Source of the DNA: Octopus sinensis
Lineage: Eukaryota
DNA: 64,000 nt
Assembly: GCF_006345805.1 (NCBI RefSeq)
Contig: NC_043000.1
Span: forward strand, 126,418,001 to 126,482,000
Direction: 5' to 3'
Shown here: positions 36,502 through 50,261 of the stretch, piece after piece
Numbering within the stretch: position 1 is the first letter of the stretch
Layout: every line of letters begins with the position of its first letter
Made by a program: the position numbers and the translations under genes
Notes under the pieces: model-generated
Seen by the model: the letters and a program-made list of their open reading frames with translations, nothing else
Told to the model about the DNA's origin: nothing
The model's database searches: none

Positions 36502-38484
36502 GTATGTATGCTTGCCTCTGTTGAGATTAAATATGTTATCTTTTTTAATACTCTGAATGATTAACTTAAAATTAATATCTTGCTATGTTCACAATTGATA
36601 TCATATTTTGGTCAAACTTTGCCTTTCATCTCTTTGAGGTTGATAAAATAGAGTACCAGTCACATGCTGGGAATCAATGGTATCAACTAAAGCCTATCCT
36701 TTCAAATTTGCTGGCCTCATGTATAAACAGTTCCTCTACCTCTTTACAGTCTGAGATCAAATCCCATTGAAGTCGACTTTGCCTTTCACCCCACTGAGGT
36801 CAATAAAGTAAAGTGCCAGTCAAGTCTTGAGATTAATGGTACTGACTAAGCCCATTTTCTCAAACTTTTTGACTTGGTGCCTAAATTAGTAACCAGTATA
36901 ATGCAGCAAACTGACCAAGTTGTGAGATTGTCAAATATAGTTCCTTGCTTTGTTTGTTCCAAGTGTGCTGGATTGACAGAATCATCAGAGTGTTGGAAAA
37001 TATGCATTTTTCTAAATCTTTAAGTTCTGTGTTCAAATCCTGCTGGGATCAACTTTGCCTATTATTCTTCCAAGGTGGATAAAATAACTGGCACTCCATA
37101 CACTCTGATGGTAAGAGTTCCAGTTGATCCAATCAATGGAACAGCCTGCTTGAGAAACTAATGTGCAAGTGGCAAAGCACTCCACAGACATGTGTACCCT
37201 TAACCCTTTCATTACCGTATTTATTTTGAGATGCTCTGTGTTTCTTTCAATTGATTTTAAATCATCAACATTGTCATCATATCATCATCATCATTGTTTA
37301 ATGCCCACTTTCTATACTGGCATGGGTTGGACCGTTTGACTGGGGACTGGCAGACCAGGAGGCCGCATCAGGCTCCAATCTTATCTGGCAATATTTCTAC
37401 AGCTGGATGCCCTTCTTAATGCCAACCACTCCAAGAGTGTAGTGGGTGCTTTTTACGTGCCACCAGTATGGGAGCCAGTCAGACGGCACTGGCATCAGCC
37501 ACGTTCAAATGGTGCTTTTTACATGCCACTGGCACAGGAGCCGGTCAGGGCCAGGGGTATGGGGCTGACATCGACCATGTTCAGATGGTGCTTTTTACGT
37601 GTCACCGGCACGGAGAGCCAGTCAGTTGGTACTGGCAACAACCCATGCATGAGTGGTGCTTATTGTGTGCCACCAGCACGGGAGCCAGTCAGGTAACACT
37701 GGTATCGGTTGCAACAACAATTTCTGAATTTAGTAAAACACTTAGTTGTCATTCAGCTGGTGTTAGGATCATAAATTGTGACTAAGATTTGGTGGAAGAT
37801 TTTAATTCAGAACTTTTGAAAACAAGACATTTGTACTACAGAGCCAGAGGCGGTTTCAGGCAGATTGGTACCAAAAGGGTTAATATAATTCTCAGAGAGA
37901 TTTGGTGTGACAAGGCTGGCCCTTTGAAATACAAGTACTACTCACTTACACAGCTGAGTGGAGTGGAGCAATGTGAAATAAAGTGTCTTGCTCAAGGACA
38001 CAACACACCACTGGGATTTGAACTTACAACTGAATTCCCTAACACCACTGAGCCACGTGCCTTCAGGTTGATAAAATAAAGTACTTATCAAGTACTGGGG
38101 CTGATGGTATCAGCCAATCCTCTCCCCTGTCTCAAAATTGCTGGCTTTGTCATGTCTAAATCAGAAATAATTACTGTAGTTTTAGATACACAAAATGCTG
38201 TTATCCTCAGAGATGGAATGTCTTTTATCATAGATCTGTTCAATAAATGTTTATAAACAACTACAAATTCACTATGTGCTTAATAAAGAAATCAATAAAG
38301 GAGAATTAACTTTTTTGCCAAAGTGGTCTGAGACCAGGAAACACATTACTCCTAAGTTTGTAACTCAATCTCCTTGTACAACAAGTTTAGAATCAATAGT
38401 CTATTATAGATCAAAAAGCCAGGGTCTTTTTTTTCACTTTCTTGAGATAACTTATATATATGAATAAATAAATAAATAAATGAA

Positions 38485-38527
<43 letters not shown>

Positions 38528-39007
38528 GTAAATAAAATGGAGAAAGTCTGCTTAAAGATTATTATTTAGTTGTCAGGCTTGATGTATACTGAACTCTTTA
38601 GCAGTGACATTTATAAACTGCATTTCGAACCAATATAAGAAACTTAAAGCAGTTACCCAACATAAAGGAAATATCAACTAAATTTTGCCTCAAATTGCAC
38701 AAACTGTCTTGCAAAGGGACAGACATATTGGATAACAGAGTCTTAAACTTAAAATACTTGTGAGAAGAAAGGAATGATCATGGTTGGAATGCTTTTAATC
38801 ATAAGTCTGTTCTATCACAGCTAACCTAGGGTTAAACACAAACAACACTAGTGAGAAGGTATTAAATCAGTGGTTCTTAACCATTTTTTTTTTTTTTTTT
38901 TGCTTATGGCTCCCTTTGATTCTTATTTTACTCTATTGGACCTCCATAACAACTCAATGTATATTGAAAAAATCCTTACTGTATTTTTATAATTAAATAT
39001 TATTGTT

Positions 39008-39290
39008 GTTGAAAGTGCTGCTGGACTGGCTCCTGTGCAGGTGGCACATAAAAAAGCACCATTTGAGCATGGCTGTTGCCAGTACCACCTGACCGGCCCT
39101 CGTGCCGGTGGCACGTAAAAGCACTCACTACACTCTAGGAGTGGTTGGCATTAGGAAAGGCATCCAGCTGTAGAAACTCTGCCAGATCAGATTGGAGTTG
39201 GATCAGCCATCTGGTTCGCCAGACCTCAGTCAAATCGTCCAACCCATGCTAGCATGGAAAGCGGACATTAAACGATGATGATGATGATGA
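39008..39290 (+). mobile_element. SINE family C
   Basis: Little-diverged copy with (GAT)n tail. Confidence 0.8.
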
Positions 39291-39526
39291 ATTATACAGA
39301 AGTATAAGTGATTTATTGCATATAAATTTTAACAAGAAAATCATGTCTGGGTCCCTTAAGGGCCATATGGACCTCAGTTGAGAACCATTGGTAAAATGCT
39401 GGAAAATTCTTAGTGGTGGAAATAATTCTTTCTGGTTTAGCACAAGGCTGGCAATTAGGAGAGGTTAGTCAATACCATACAGAGGTAAAAGAGTAAAGAT
39501 CCCCTTCACTCATGAATGACCATGGG

Positions 39527-39601
<75 letters not shown>

Positions 39602-39612
39602 ATGCGCATGTC

Positions 39613-39645
<33 letters not shown>

Positions 39646-39811
39646 ATATATATATATATTATATATATATATATATATATATTTATAGTAATAATAAATC
39701 TCTGAGCGAGGTATAAACAGTAGCTGCACGACATTGTGAAGTATATTTGCCACTTATATATTTTTTAAGTTTATGAACATTACAAATATTATGTCTTCCT
39801 GTTTTCTTTAG

Positions 39812-40032
39812 ATGTAGTTGCTGAAAATGTTTCCACAATAAAAAATGATGACTTGGATACTGAAGCAACCAATTCTAGTTTTTCTTCTGGCACGCCAATT
39901 GTTTCATCAAAGATCTCATCTGAGAATGTCCAAATTGATGCTTGTAGTTACACAAATTATAATAATGTAACTGAGGAGCCCAAAACATCATTGGTAACAG
40001 ATCGTGTTCTGACAGGAAGTGCCAGTTCAACA
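39812..40032 (+). CDS. WD40 gene exon (DVVAENVSTIKNDDLDTEATNSSFSSG...GSASST), phase 1-0
   Basis: Acceptor cttcctgttttctttag, donor ACA|gtaagt, 221 nt open; overlaps track ORF 39853-40080. Confidence 0.85.
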
Positions 40033-40235
40033 GTAAGTGGAAACTTCAATGTATATTGGTTTGTAATAATTCATACATAATTTCTCTTAGTTGATCGGTT
40101 GTTCCTCTATGGCAAGGGAGATAATTGTCTTGCCTAGAATCCATTATTTTCTAAATATCTTATAATTGTTTTACTGTTGGTATACACTGGTCAGTGTGCT
40201 GACAAAATCTAACTTCTCTCAGCTGATTGGTTGAT

Positions 40236-40293
<58 letters not shown>

Positions 40294-41047
40294 CCCACTA
40301 TCTCTCTGGCTGGCAAAGGAGAGAATCATTTCACAAAGGTCCATATTTTCTTTGTTAACGCAACTTGTGAGGACTTATTGTTGATATACACCAATTATGA
40401 TTACAATAATGATAAGAAGGCTATAAAAGCAGAGTTGGGAAGGAATGGGAAGAAAATTCCTGTGTAACAACTACAGCCTATTGTAGTGAAGTAGATTTGT
40501 GTCAGGGACAAACAAATGAAAACTTTATGGTAGGAGAGGGGAGTCAGTCTAAAAACTCAGTACATACTTAATATGGCCCAATTTTTAATCAATTTTCAAA
40601 ACTTATTTATTATTCTGAAGATAAAAGGACAGTGCTCACTGCCAATTAAAGTTTTGCCAGGCTAAATGGTAAGAATGAATGGGCATTTAGTAAGAGTGGT
40701 CACTAATTTAAAATATGAAAATGTTCGTGACGAATGTGCTTTTGAGAAGTATGTGTAATGAATGTCAGAAGGCAGTTTTTAAACAAAACATTGTAACTTT
40801 ATTAAAATAGAAACAAGTGATGACAAGTACCAAGAGGTGTAGCCTGTATGTGTATGTTTATTGTTGTTTGTTCCTTCTCGAGCCATGCCTGGCTCATAAA
40901 GGCCGGTTTCCGGTTTCCTTGCCGTATAGGTTCCCCACCAGGACGGGATGCCGATCCGTTGCAGGTGAGCTGCAAGATGCAGGAGGAAAGAGTGAGAGAA
41001 AGTTGTGGCAAAAGAGTCAGCAGAAGTTCACCATTAGCTTTTTGAAA

Positions 41048-41136
41048 GTAACTATTCCATTTTGAATGGAATTGTTTCATTTTGAATGAAACTATTCCAT
41101 TTTGATTGGAATTATTCCATTTTGAATGGAATTATT
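41048..41136. repeat. 20-bp tandem repeat, ~4.5 copies, each unit self-complementary
   Basis: Unit ATTATTCCATTTTGAATGGA (TTCCATT-TTG-AATGGAA hairpin). Confidence 0.8.
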
Positions 41137-41903
41137 GTATTGAAGGCGGCAAGATGGTAGAAATGTTAGCATGCTGGACAAAATGCTTAGCAGTATTTTG
41201 TCTGTCTTTACTTCCTTAGTTCAAATTCGGCCAAGGTTGACTTTGCCTTTCATCATTTTGGGGTCAATAAATTCAGTCCCAGTTGCATACAGGGGTCAAT
41301 TTAATTGAATGAACACTATCCCCAAAAAATTCAGGCCTTGTGCCTGAAGTAAAAAAGATTATTCTTGTATTGAATGTGAAATGTTATAGTGTTTAATAAT
41401 ATAACCACAAAGACTGTCTTCATTTTTTACTAAAACTTCAAAGCAAAACTATTTGATGTTTACAATAACAAATTACAATACATGAATTGTTAAAGTTTAG
41501 CCCCAGTTCCAGCCACGTTCATCAAATCTTTAGGCGACTACAGAAATTGCTTGACAATACTCTCAACCATATCTTTAAGTGTTGTTGTCATACATATCTT
41601 AAGTTGATTCTAGTTAAGATGAATATTTTTTACCAATAACACTCAATCGATCTCATAACTGATACTGTTTGATATTACTGTCCTTTTCTTCTAATGTTAT
41701 ATGATAAACATTATACATTTTCCCATAGACTAATTCAATACGACGTATTGACATTGGCTGACAAACTTAATGCTCAGTTATTTGAGTGATATGAAATTAC
41801 AGTCATTGAATCACATTAATATAATGAAATTGTTGGAAATAATACCAACGGATCATTTTCAAATTTATTTATGTACAAATTTATTTATGTACAAACCGCT
41901 CTT

Positions 41904-42270
41904 TTACTCTTTTACTTGTTTCAGTCATATGACTGTGGCCATGCTGGAGCACCGCCTTTAGTCGAGCAAATCAATCCCAGGACTTATTCTTTGTAAGCCT
42001 AGTACTTATTCTATCGGTCTCTTTCGCCGAACTGCTAAGTTACGGGGACGTAAACACACCAGCATCGGTTGTCAAGCGATGTTGGGGGGACAAACAGACA
42101 CACAAATGTATACACACACATACATATATATATACGACGGGCTTCTTTCAGTTTCCGTCTACCAAATCCACTCACAATGCTTTGGTGGCCCCGAGGCTAT
42201 AGTGGAAAACACTTGCCCAAGGTACCACGCAGTGGGACTGAACTCGGAACCATGTGGTTCATAAGCAATT
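41904..42270 (-). mobile_element. tRNA-derived SINE, family A
   Basis: Reverse-oriented copy lacking the extreme 5' head. Confidence 0.82.
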
Positions 42271-42537
42271 CTTCAGTTAACTTTTGTTTCAACAACAGAA
42301 ATTACGTGAATAGGATCAGAGATGTTTTGCCCCACGCAGAAACTGCAGAAGCTACTCAGAAGTTTCTAAGCCTGGAAACCTGTCCGTATTGTCAGCAGTA
42401 TCCCAGGGTCACAAGCATTTTGTCCCTTAATCTGTACACTACATTACACAAGCAAAGACATAGAAGCTAATGAAAATAACTTTTCAAATTTTTTAATCCA
42501 CTTCATTCCAAATTCTTTCCTTTTAATTTTTCGAATA

Positions 42538-42931
42538 TCTTTATATATAAAAGTGAAGTTGTGTGTCTGTCTCCTACGATTTACATTCCTAACTACTCCC
42601 ACATTTTGTGGTGCAGTTTAACCAAAACCGGGTATCTTATAGTCGTGATTGATATCGAGCCCTTCTGGGTATTAGCGCGCGTCTATGATGAGTCTACGAT
42701 TTTAAAAAAATTTACCATAAATTTTTCCCATTTTTAAAGCATTTTTGGCATATATAAGGGAAGTAACTCTCTAAAAATTTATTATTAAATCTCAGAACGT
42801 AAAAAGCTACAGTAACACCCCCCCCCTTTGTGGTTAGCCATATTGAGATGGCTATTATACTTTACATCTCTAAAAATGCTTATATAGTTATTTCCTTTAC
42901 AAACCCGAGCAACGCCGGGCGATACTGCTAG
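42538..42931 (+). mobile_element. Non-autonomous Helitron
   Basis: A|TC...CTAG|T, hairpin CCCGagcaacgcCGGG; near-identical copy at 32179-32569. Confidence 0.85.
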
Positions 42932-44258
42932 TATATATATATATTTTAACTTCCCGTTTAAAAGTACGAAGATTTCAACACTGAAATGAATTCTTTTTTT
43001 TTTTTTTAATCACAATTGCTTATATTTTCTTTATTCAATTATATTCTCTTTTATCAATGTAATGTTTCTTTCTGTTTGATCTGTCATAAAATTTGTAGCA
43101 CCCTTGAAAACAATCAGCTCTGGGTTATATTGACCTGTCACGGTTTCCAATTGATTTAATTTCATTTTATTGTCATCTCTTCGGACCAAAGGAAAATAAT
43201 TCAAATACGTTACGCTGTTGTTATTTAGCCCCCAAGTCATCACTGGTTGAAGAAATTTATGCACAAAGGTATTCTAACAGTGACCACCACCACTTTTAAG
43301 GAGTATCTGGGATTACATCATTAGGATTCAATTCTTCTTTGAAGAAATATATCTGTTGTTTCTACCAGCTCTAACGACTATGTAGAAGCTCATCTCATTA
43401 CTAGGCAAAGCTTGAAAGCCAGCCACGTCTGCATTTTTTTATTAGTTTCTGTCTTCACTGAACTAACTTAAGTTAACACGGTTGACTATTGAAAATAATG
43501 TCGAGCAAATTTTATCAACACAGGAATACAGAAGACCTAAACAAGATACACCACTATTTTAATTATCGTTAGAACATTGTTCAGTTTACAATCAATCAGC
43601 TTAGTCTTGATCAGGCTTCTGATCAATTCCAACTGTGACCATCCCATCTTTTTTCCCATGCGCATGAGCTGGAGGATTGCCGTGGCATCAATTTCTAAGG
43701 TAGTGAGGTATGATTTGATGGAGATTCAACAAGAGTTTCAACAACCTAATGGACAAAAGTAGATTTGCTTTCCTTCGGCTCTTATATCCTCAGTGGAGAA
43801 AAGATCTGACAGTTTCTGAAAAATAGTTTATTCCAACCCATTTAAAAGACAAGGACTAAAAAATGACATAACGAAATTTCATGTTGCATCTGAAAAGAAT
43901 TTATTATCGACTTGAGTGACGTTTAAAAACAGTAAATTTCCATCAGACCTAATCCACGAACCTGGTTTCGATTCTCAGTTAGAATCATGAGCAGATAACT
44001 GCCCAAAGTGCCCATGCCTTAAAACAGCATTGACCGTGAACCGTTCTTTATGAGAATGAAAATAAGCCACAAGAGAAGGAGTCCCGTTTTGGTAACCAGT
44101 TGTAGATATTTCCATTCACTTACCCACTAATTAATCTTGGTGAAAACATATCGTAATATTTCATTTATAGTTTTTAATGATCTACTCCCGGTTCCTGAAG
44201 GAGACATATACATACATATAAAATATTTGATTTTCCAATCTTTAATTATCTATATTGC

Positions 44259-44495
44259 GGAGGCGCGTGGCTTAGTGGTTAGGGTGTTGCACTCATGATC
44301 GTAAGGTTGTGGTTTCGATTCCTGGACCGGGCGATGCCTTGTGTTCTTGAGCAAAACACTTTGTTTCACGTTGCTCCAGTCCACTCAGCTGGCAAAAATG
44401 AGTGACCCTGCGACGGACCGGCATCCCGTCCAGGTGAGGTATTTCTACGCCACTGAAATCGGCCCCTACGAGCCTGGCATGGCTCAAGAAGGAAC
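44259..44495 (+). mobile_element. tRNA-derived SINE, family D
   Basis: Head GGAGGCGCGTGGCTTAGTGGTTAGGGTG...GGTTTCGATTCC with A and B boxes. Other copies at 14215-14597(-), 19365-19560(+), 29655-29981(-), 30605-30880(-), 37880-38065(-), 54638-54880(+). Confidence 0.8.
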
Positions 44496-44517
44496 ATTAT
44501 TATTATTTTATTTTTAA

Positions 44518-44974
44518 CTAGCAGCATAGCCCGGCGTTGCCCGGGTATGTAAGAGCCCCTAGTAGGCAACGACTAATCCCAATCTAGTCCTTTCCCTCTA
44601 GGGAACGAAGGCGCATGTGTAGGTTGCAATGTCTTCTCTTCACTCGAATACTTCTGTGTATACGATGTTCCTAGCTGTCCCTTTGGGCGAAAACATGAAA
44701 ACATCATTGCGCCTCCCAACGCGTGAACAGCCCACGTACAGCCCAGAAAATGTGTTGCATATAAAAAGCTTAGATTCTCGACCCCATGTCGAATTTATCG
44801 ATTTTTTCAGAACTGGGGGAACTTTTCAAAATTTTCGCTGCGTTAGTTTTGAATTATGACATCGGGCTATGTGTGTGTCAAGTTTCATCAGAATCGGTTG
44901 AAAGCCGTGGTCAGGGTGAGGGTACAACCTGACAGACACACAGACAGACAAACTGCCGTTTATATAGAGAGAGA
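44518..44974 (-). mobile_element. Non-autonomous Helitron (different family)
   Basis: Minus strand starts TCTCTCTCTATATAAAC and ends CCCGGGCAACGCCGGGctatgctgCTAG|T. Confidence 0.8.
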
Positions 44975-45008
44975 TGATCTATATTGCTTTCCAGCCTGGT
45001 GAAAACCA

Positions 45009-46847
45009 TGTATGTAGGACAAAAGCCCCATAGTTAAAGGGTGAAAGTGGACAAAAGCCCCACGGTTATATTTTTCGATTATTTTTTCATTCTTTTCACC
45101 TTCTACTTGTTTCAGTCATTGGACTGTGGCCATGCTGGGGCACCGCATTGAAGAATTTTTAGTTGAACGTATTGACCCCGGAATTTTTTCTTTCCATTTT
45201 ACTTGTTGCAGTTATTAGGCTGCGGCCATGCTGGGGCACTACCTTGAAGAATTCTTAGTCGAATGTATTGACACTAGAATTTTTTTTATTTCTACTTGTT
45301 GCAGTTATTAGACTGCGGCCATGCTGGGGCACCACCTCGAATAATTTTTAGTCGAATGTACTGACCCCAGAATTTTTTTTAATGATTTTCAACCATGAAG
45401 TTAAGCCTAGATTTCTCCACATGCTAGAAACAACAGCTAGATCTCTTGAAATTTTTTATAACCCTTTCGGTTTTCTTTATTTTCTAAAAACCTTTTTACT
45501 TGTTTTAGTCATTGGACTGTGGCCATGCTGGAGCACCAGCTTGAAGCATTTTTGGTCGGAGAAAAGTCAGCATTTTAAAATATATATTTAAAGTCTTTTG
45601 GGATCGGATCTTTTCCTCTTTTTTTCTTCTCTCAGCACTTATAGATTAATGAGAATAAGTTGACCTTTCAAACTTTCTCCGGCCGTTGAAGGTCTAACAG
45701 AAAGCTAGTCATTCAAACGTACTTCTTATAGGGAGATGGGTGTTTCTCCATAAAAATGACAAATTCTGGTTTTTGTGAAGAAAAAACATGTCAGAGACAT
45801 GTGTAATATTTACTTTAATTTTATGTGTGTATATATAGTCATTTCTTGAAGTAAAGGTTTTCCCTTTTGCTAGAATTCAGACAATACATACATTGAGTAG
45901 TAAAGAATCTTGTATTCTGTTATTCTATTATTGATGTTAAAAGTTGAATTTATTTGTATTTTCAAACTTTAGAATTATTCTAAAAACGATGAAAATAACT
46001 GAAACACACGGAAATTACCATTGTAAGGGGCATAGATGTTTTGACACTGTTTTTCAATTGAATTATATTTTGTTTACTTAAAAATTGGAATTTTGGAAAA
46101 TATTTTTTTTTTACAACCACACGATATCGGTTTTTGTTTATGTGAAATTATTAAAAAAAAAAATTGTAAGATTTGGTTGTTATTTCTAACATGTGGAGAG
46201 ACCTTCTAGGCTTAACTTCATGCGCTGGTTGAAAATCACCAAAACAAAATTCTGGGGTCAATACATTTGACTAAAAATTCTTCAAGCATGGCCGCAGTCC
46301 AGTGACTGAAACAAGTAAAAAGATTTTTAGAAAATAAAAAGAAAGAAGAATAACCAAAATAAAAAACATAATTGAGGCGGGTGTTATAAAAAAATTTCAA
46401 GAGATTTGGCTGTTATTTCTAGCATGTCGAGAGACCTTCTAGGCTTAACTTCATGCGCTGGTTGAAAATCATCCAAAAAATTCTGGAGTCGATACAATCA
46501 ACTAAAAATTCCTCGTAGTGGTGTCCCAGCATGGCTGCAATCTAATGACTGCAACAAGTAAAAAGAAAAGCAAAGATGAATTATATCACAGAAGTGGCTT
46601 TGACTAAGCTTTAAAAAAATTTCTGGGTTCCAAACAGCATCTAAAAATTCTTGAAGGTGGTGCCCCAACATGGCGGGCCGCAGTCTAATAACTGCAACAA
46701 GCAAAAGAAAAATTCTGGGGTTGATACATTCAACTAAAAATTCTAAAAACGAAAAAATAACCGGAAAGTATAACCGTGGGGGCTTTTGTTCTAGGGTTTT
46801 TTTTTGTCAAGGGTGCTTTTGTCCTAAGGGACTTTTGTTCGGACCCC
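45009..46847. mobile_element. Foldback-type DNA element with long modular inverted arms
   Basis: Left 45009-~45590 and right ~46170-46847 are inverted relatives; termini carry GGACAAAAGCCCC-type repeats; GAAAACCA occurs at 45001-45008 and 46848-46855. Confidence 0.65.
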
Positions 46848-47374
46848 GAAAACCACACACCCTATAGTCTGCAAAAACGGATATTTTTTCAGGATGTTTT
46901 AAAATATATTGTTAGATTTTAAAGATCAAATTTCTCATATCTCCTTGATGAAACCATCAATTATAAGAGAGTGACTTAAAAATCGCCGCTTTGCTATAAA
47001 CCGTATTACATGTAATTTCTTTTTCGTCGATTTTATTGACATAATTAAATATATGTAATTTATAGAGAATTCGTTTAGAAATTAAGAACAATTGCCATAC
47101 AATAGAATGTTTTAAAATAAAAGGTTTGTTGATTTCTCAGCAAATATGTCATATAATTGATTATGAACGGTGATAGCCAAGGGATATTGCGATGTCATTG
47201 CAAAATTTGTAGGCAGGGTGGTATAATAGAAAAAAAAATCAGAATGACTTGAGAAGAACAAGTGCCAGAATCGCATAGAGCGTCAGACAGAATGTTTCAT
47301 GGTATTTGTTCCAACTCTCAAATGCTGCTGAGCTCACTTTAGCCCTTCATTCTTTCGAGAATCTATAAAATATA

Positions 47375-47414
<40 letters not shown>

Positions 47415-47415
<1 letters not shown>

Positions 47416-47966
47416 GAGCAAAACGCCCCGTCCAATGGACGGTGCTGAGTTGTCAAACATTTAAACTAAATTTTCTGAAAACATGTCCGACCGTCCCATA
47501 GCCCCTTCCCCTTTGAGAAACACTGATTTAACCTAAATTTGAGACACCAGCAAAAGAAGAAATAAAGATAGACTTTTTTCCTATTCCAAATAAAAACGAT
47601 TTTATTCACGCAAATATGCAACCGAAGAGTTTAAAGTACCAGTAATGATAAGACTGATGACTGGGAGAACACAAACATGGTTTAAATAGTAAGCTTGGCG
47701 GGAAAGAAACGTGCCTTTAAGCAGTACAAAAACAACACAAAATGGAAGGTGCAGTTATGTACAGGTTGATGGAAGAAAAGCGGGACAAAAACGGGTTTAT
47801 CGATCGCATTCTCACCTGGAATCGATTTTTGCAATTTTTTCAAGACTTATACACGCCCTGATACCGTCGGTATCTTCAAATCAAATTTGAGCGCAATCGG
47901 ATGGAGGATGCCCGAGATCCGAGAAGACACACACGCAGGCAGACAGAACGGATTTTACATAAGAGA
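47415..47966 (-). mobile_element. Non-autonomous Helitron-like element
   Basis: Minus strand starts A|TCTCTTATGTAAAATCC, hairpin CCGTCCattGGACGG near the end, terminus CTCG|T (variant of CTRR). Confidence 0.6.
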
Positions 47967-48072
47967 TGTGACAAAACTCAAATGTTTTCTACTATTTAGA
48001 AGCGTAAAGATTTAAAAACTAAAACACTTAAAAACCATTACTGAAGTGGGAAATCAAATTAAATACATGTGA

Positions 48073-48145
<73 letters not shown>

Positions 48146-50186
48146 CTTCTAAAAAAACCCAAAACACCAATGCAAGGCTGCAGATTGGCGGAACTATAAA
48201 CATGTCGGACTGAATGCTTTATGATGTTATGTTCCGGTTCTCTGTTTTGAGTTTAAATCCCACCATGGCCTACTTGGGTGGTAAGCGCAACCCCTCACCC
48301 GGTGTAGCAACACCTGGCATCTTGTGACTTTAGTGGAGACCACTGTGTGACATTCATTTGGGTCAGGTCTCTGGTTTAAGGATGCTTTCCTCCTTCCAGT
48401 CTCAGAGGTCCTATAAAGGGTTATGAATACTTCCGTCTAAAAAATAATTGAAGAAGCATTGAATTATATTTGAAAAAGAAATGAGAGAAAGAGAGAGAGA
48501 GACTGCACTCGAATGGCGTGTTCACTAGAGATAGTTAATTGGCCACCATGAAATCACAGAGAAAAATATCCATTAGAAAAAAATACATTGTTTAGATCAG
48601 TAAATTGAAATTGGGAGAAATAATTGATAATTTGTACGAATTCAAATGAAATTGTTTTTTTCAATCCTTCCATTTTAAAATGCGATCAAATAAAATGATA
48701 TGAGAGATAATAACGAAAGAAGCGCCAAAAAAGTGGATTCAGCTTCAGATATTCGATTTCCCAAAGAACAGTATGACGCTTATGATAAGCACAACGGCGC
48801 TCTTTAAAGTTCGACCATTTTCATTTTTCGATACTGTTCCTGCTTCTCTAATTTGGTGAAGTTTCACTTTGGAAATAACATTTCATTATTTCATTCCGAA
48901 ACTATATATAAAACGTCATGAGTCTTCAGGTTCCTTCTGTATAACAAAGTCAGTCTCGCTTTGCATAATTATTTAAAAATGAGTTTAATTGTCGTAAGTA
49001 AAGAAATTGTAAAAGAACTTGAATTTTTAATGGCTGGTCTTTCTTATATCTTTTATTTCCACTTAAACTGAATTTTTTTGTTGTTTTATTTCAATATCAA
49101 AATTAGTTTAAATATTTAAATATATATTTTATATATTTGCTTCTTTCGATAAATTCCTTATCCTAATTTTCAACTGGAAACTTAAAACGTCTATAAACGG
49201 TTTGGGGGTTGTGAAGGAAAGAAAAAAATGGCATCAGCGATCAAAGATATGATAGTTAATAGACGGATAAATGGATTGTTTATTTGAGAATAGTTTACGT
49301 AAATTATAGATGGCTACCATAAAATACCTATTGATACAAATAACGGATCCATTCCAGTTGCGTTAACAGCTAATTAGTGGAATGACTGCTGTATTATTTT
49401 ATATTCATTGTGATATTATCTGTACTTTTAAAAGAATGGTTAAACGATAACACGATTTTGACATTCAGTATTTGAAGAAGTATCGTTGATATTAGCAACA
49501 TTAAGTTGTAATAAAAACGCGTGGAATGAAACGGCCGAGTTAAAAATTTAGCAAAATGGCGAATCTCTAGTTTGTTGGAATTAATGAATTGAGGTTACAA
49601 TTAATAATTGTCATTAAAACACTTCAATACTCTGGGACACTTGATGGCAAAAGTTATTTTAATCGCGAAAGTTTTAAAATGCGAATTACAAGTGTTTCTG
49701 GAATGTGGAATACTATAAAATAATGAAAAAGACTAATAATAATTGTAGCAGCTATCTCTCCCTTCTCAAGGAGCGGAATGAGATATTTGAAAAACATGGA
49801 TTTTCAAAACAAAAAACCAAAATTTGAGCGATTTACAAGTGTTTTGCAATATGGAATACTATAAAATGTTGAAAAATGTCAAGAAAAAGAAAAATAATAA
49901 ACAATTCCATTTTATTCGTAACAGCTAATCCGCAAGTCCGCCCACTTAAAAATCAATAAAAAAGATTATATAACTTTTTCATGTAAATCTTATAATATAT
50001 TCAGTGGTATTCTTGAAATATATTTTCTTTAACAATGTCGTTGGCATTCCGAGTCATATATTTTACTTCAATAAATTACACGTTGTGTTAAGGAGTCATA
50101 GATATATATGTATAAATTTAGTCGTCGTCCCTTGGCGTATACAAATACGTGTTTAACGTATCATTTATTTTTTTTTTTCCATACAG

Positions 50187-50261
50187 TCAGAAGACTTGAA
50201 ATTAAAAGAGAATACAACAAAGGAAGAGGAAAATGTTCGTGCTAGTCCTGTCGTTGGCGAT
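50187..50261 (+). CDS. Exon (SEDLKLKENTTKEEENVRASPVVGD), phase 0-0, probably the same gene
   Basis: Acceptor T-tract + ccatacag, donor GAT|gtaaat, 75 nt. Confidence 0.68.

Noticed and set aside
43031-43560. Possible decayed hAT-like transposase on the minus strand
   Set aside because: Only vague word matches across multiple stops; no TIRs found.
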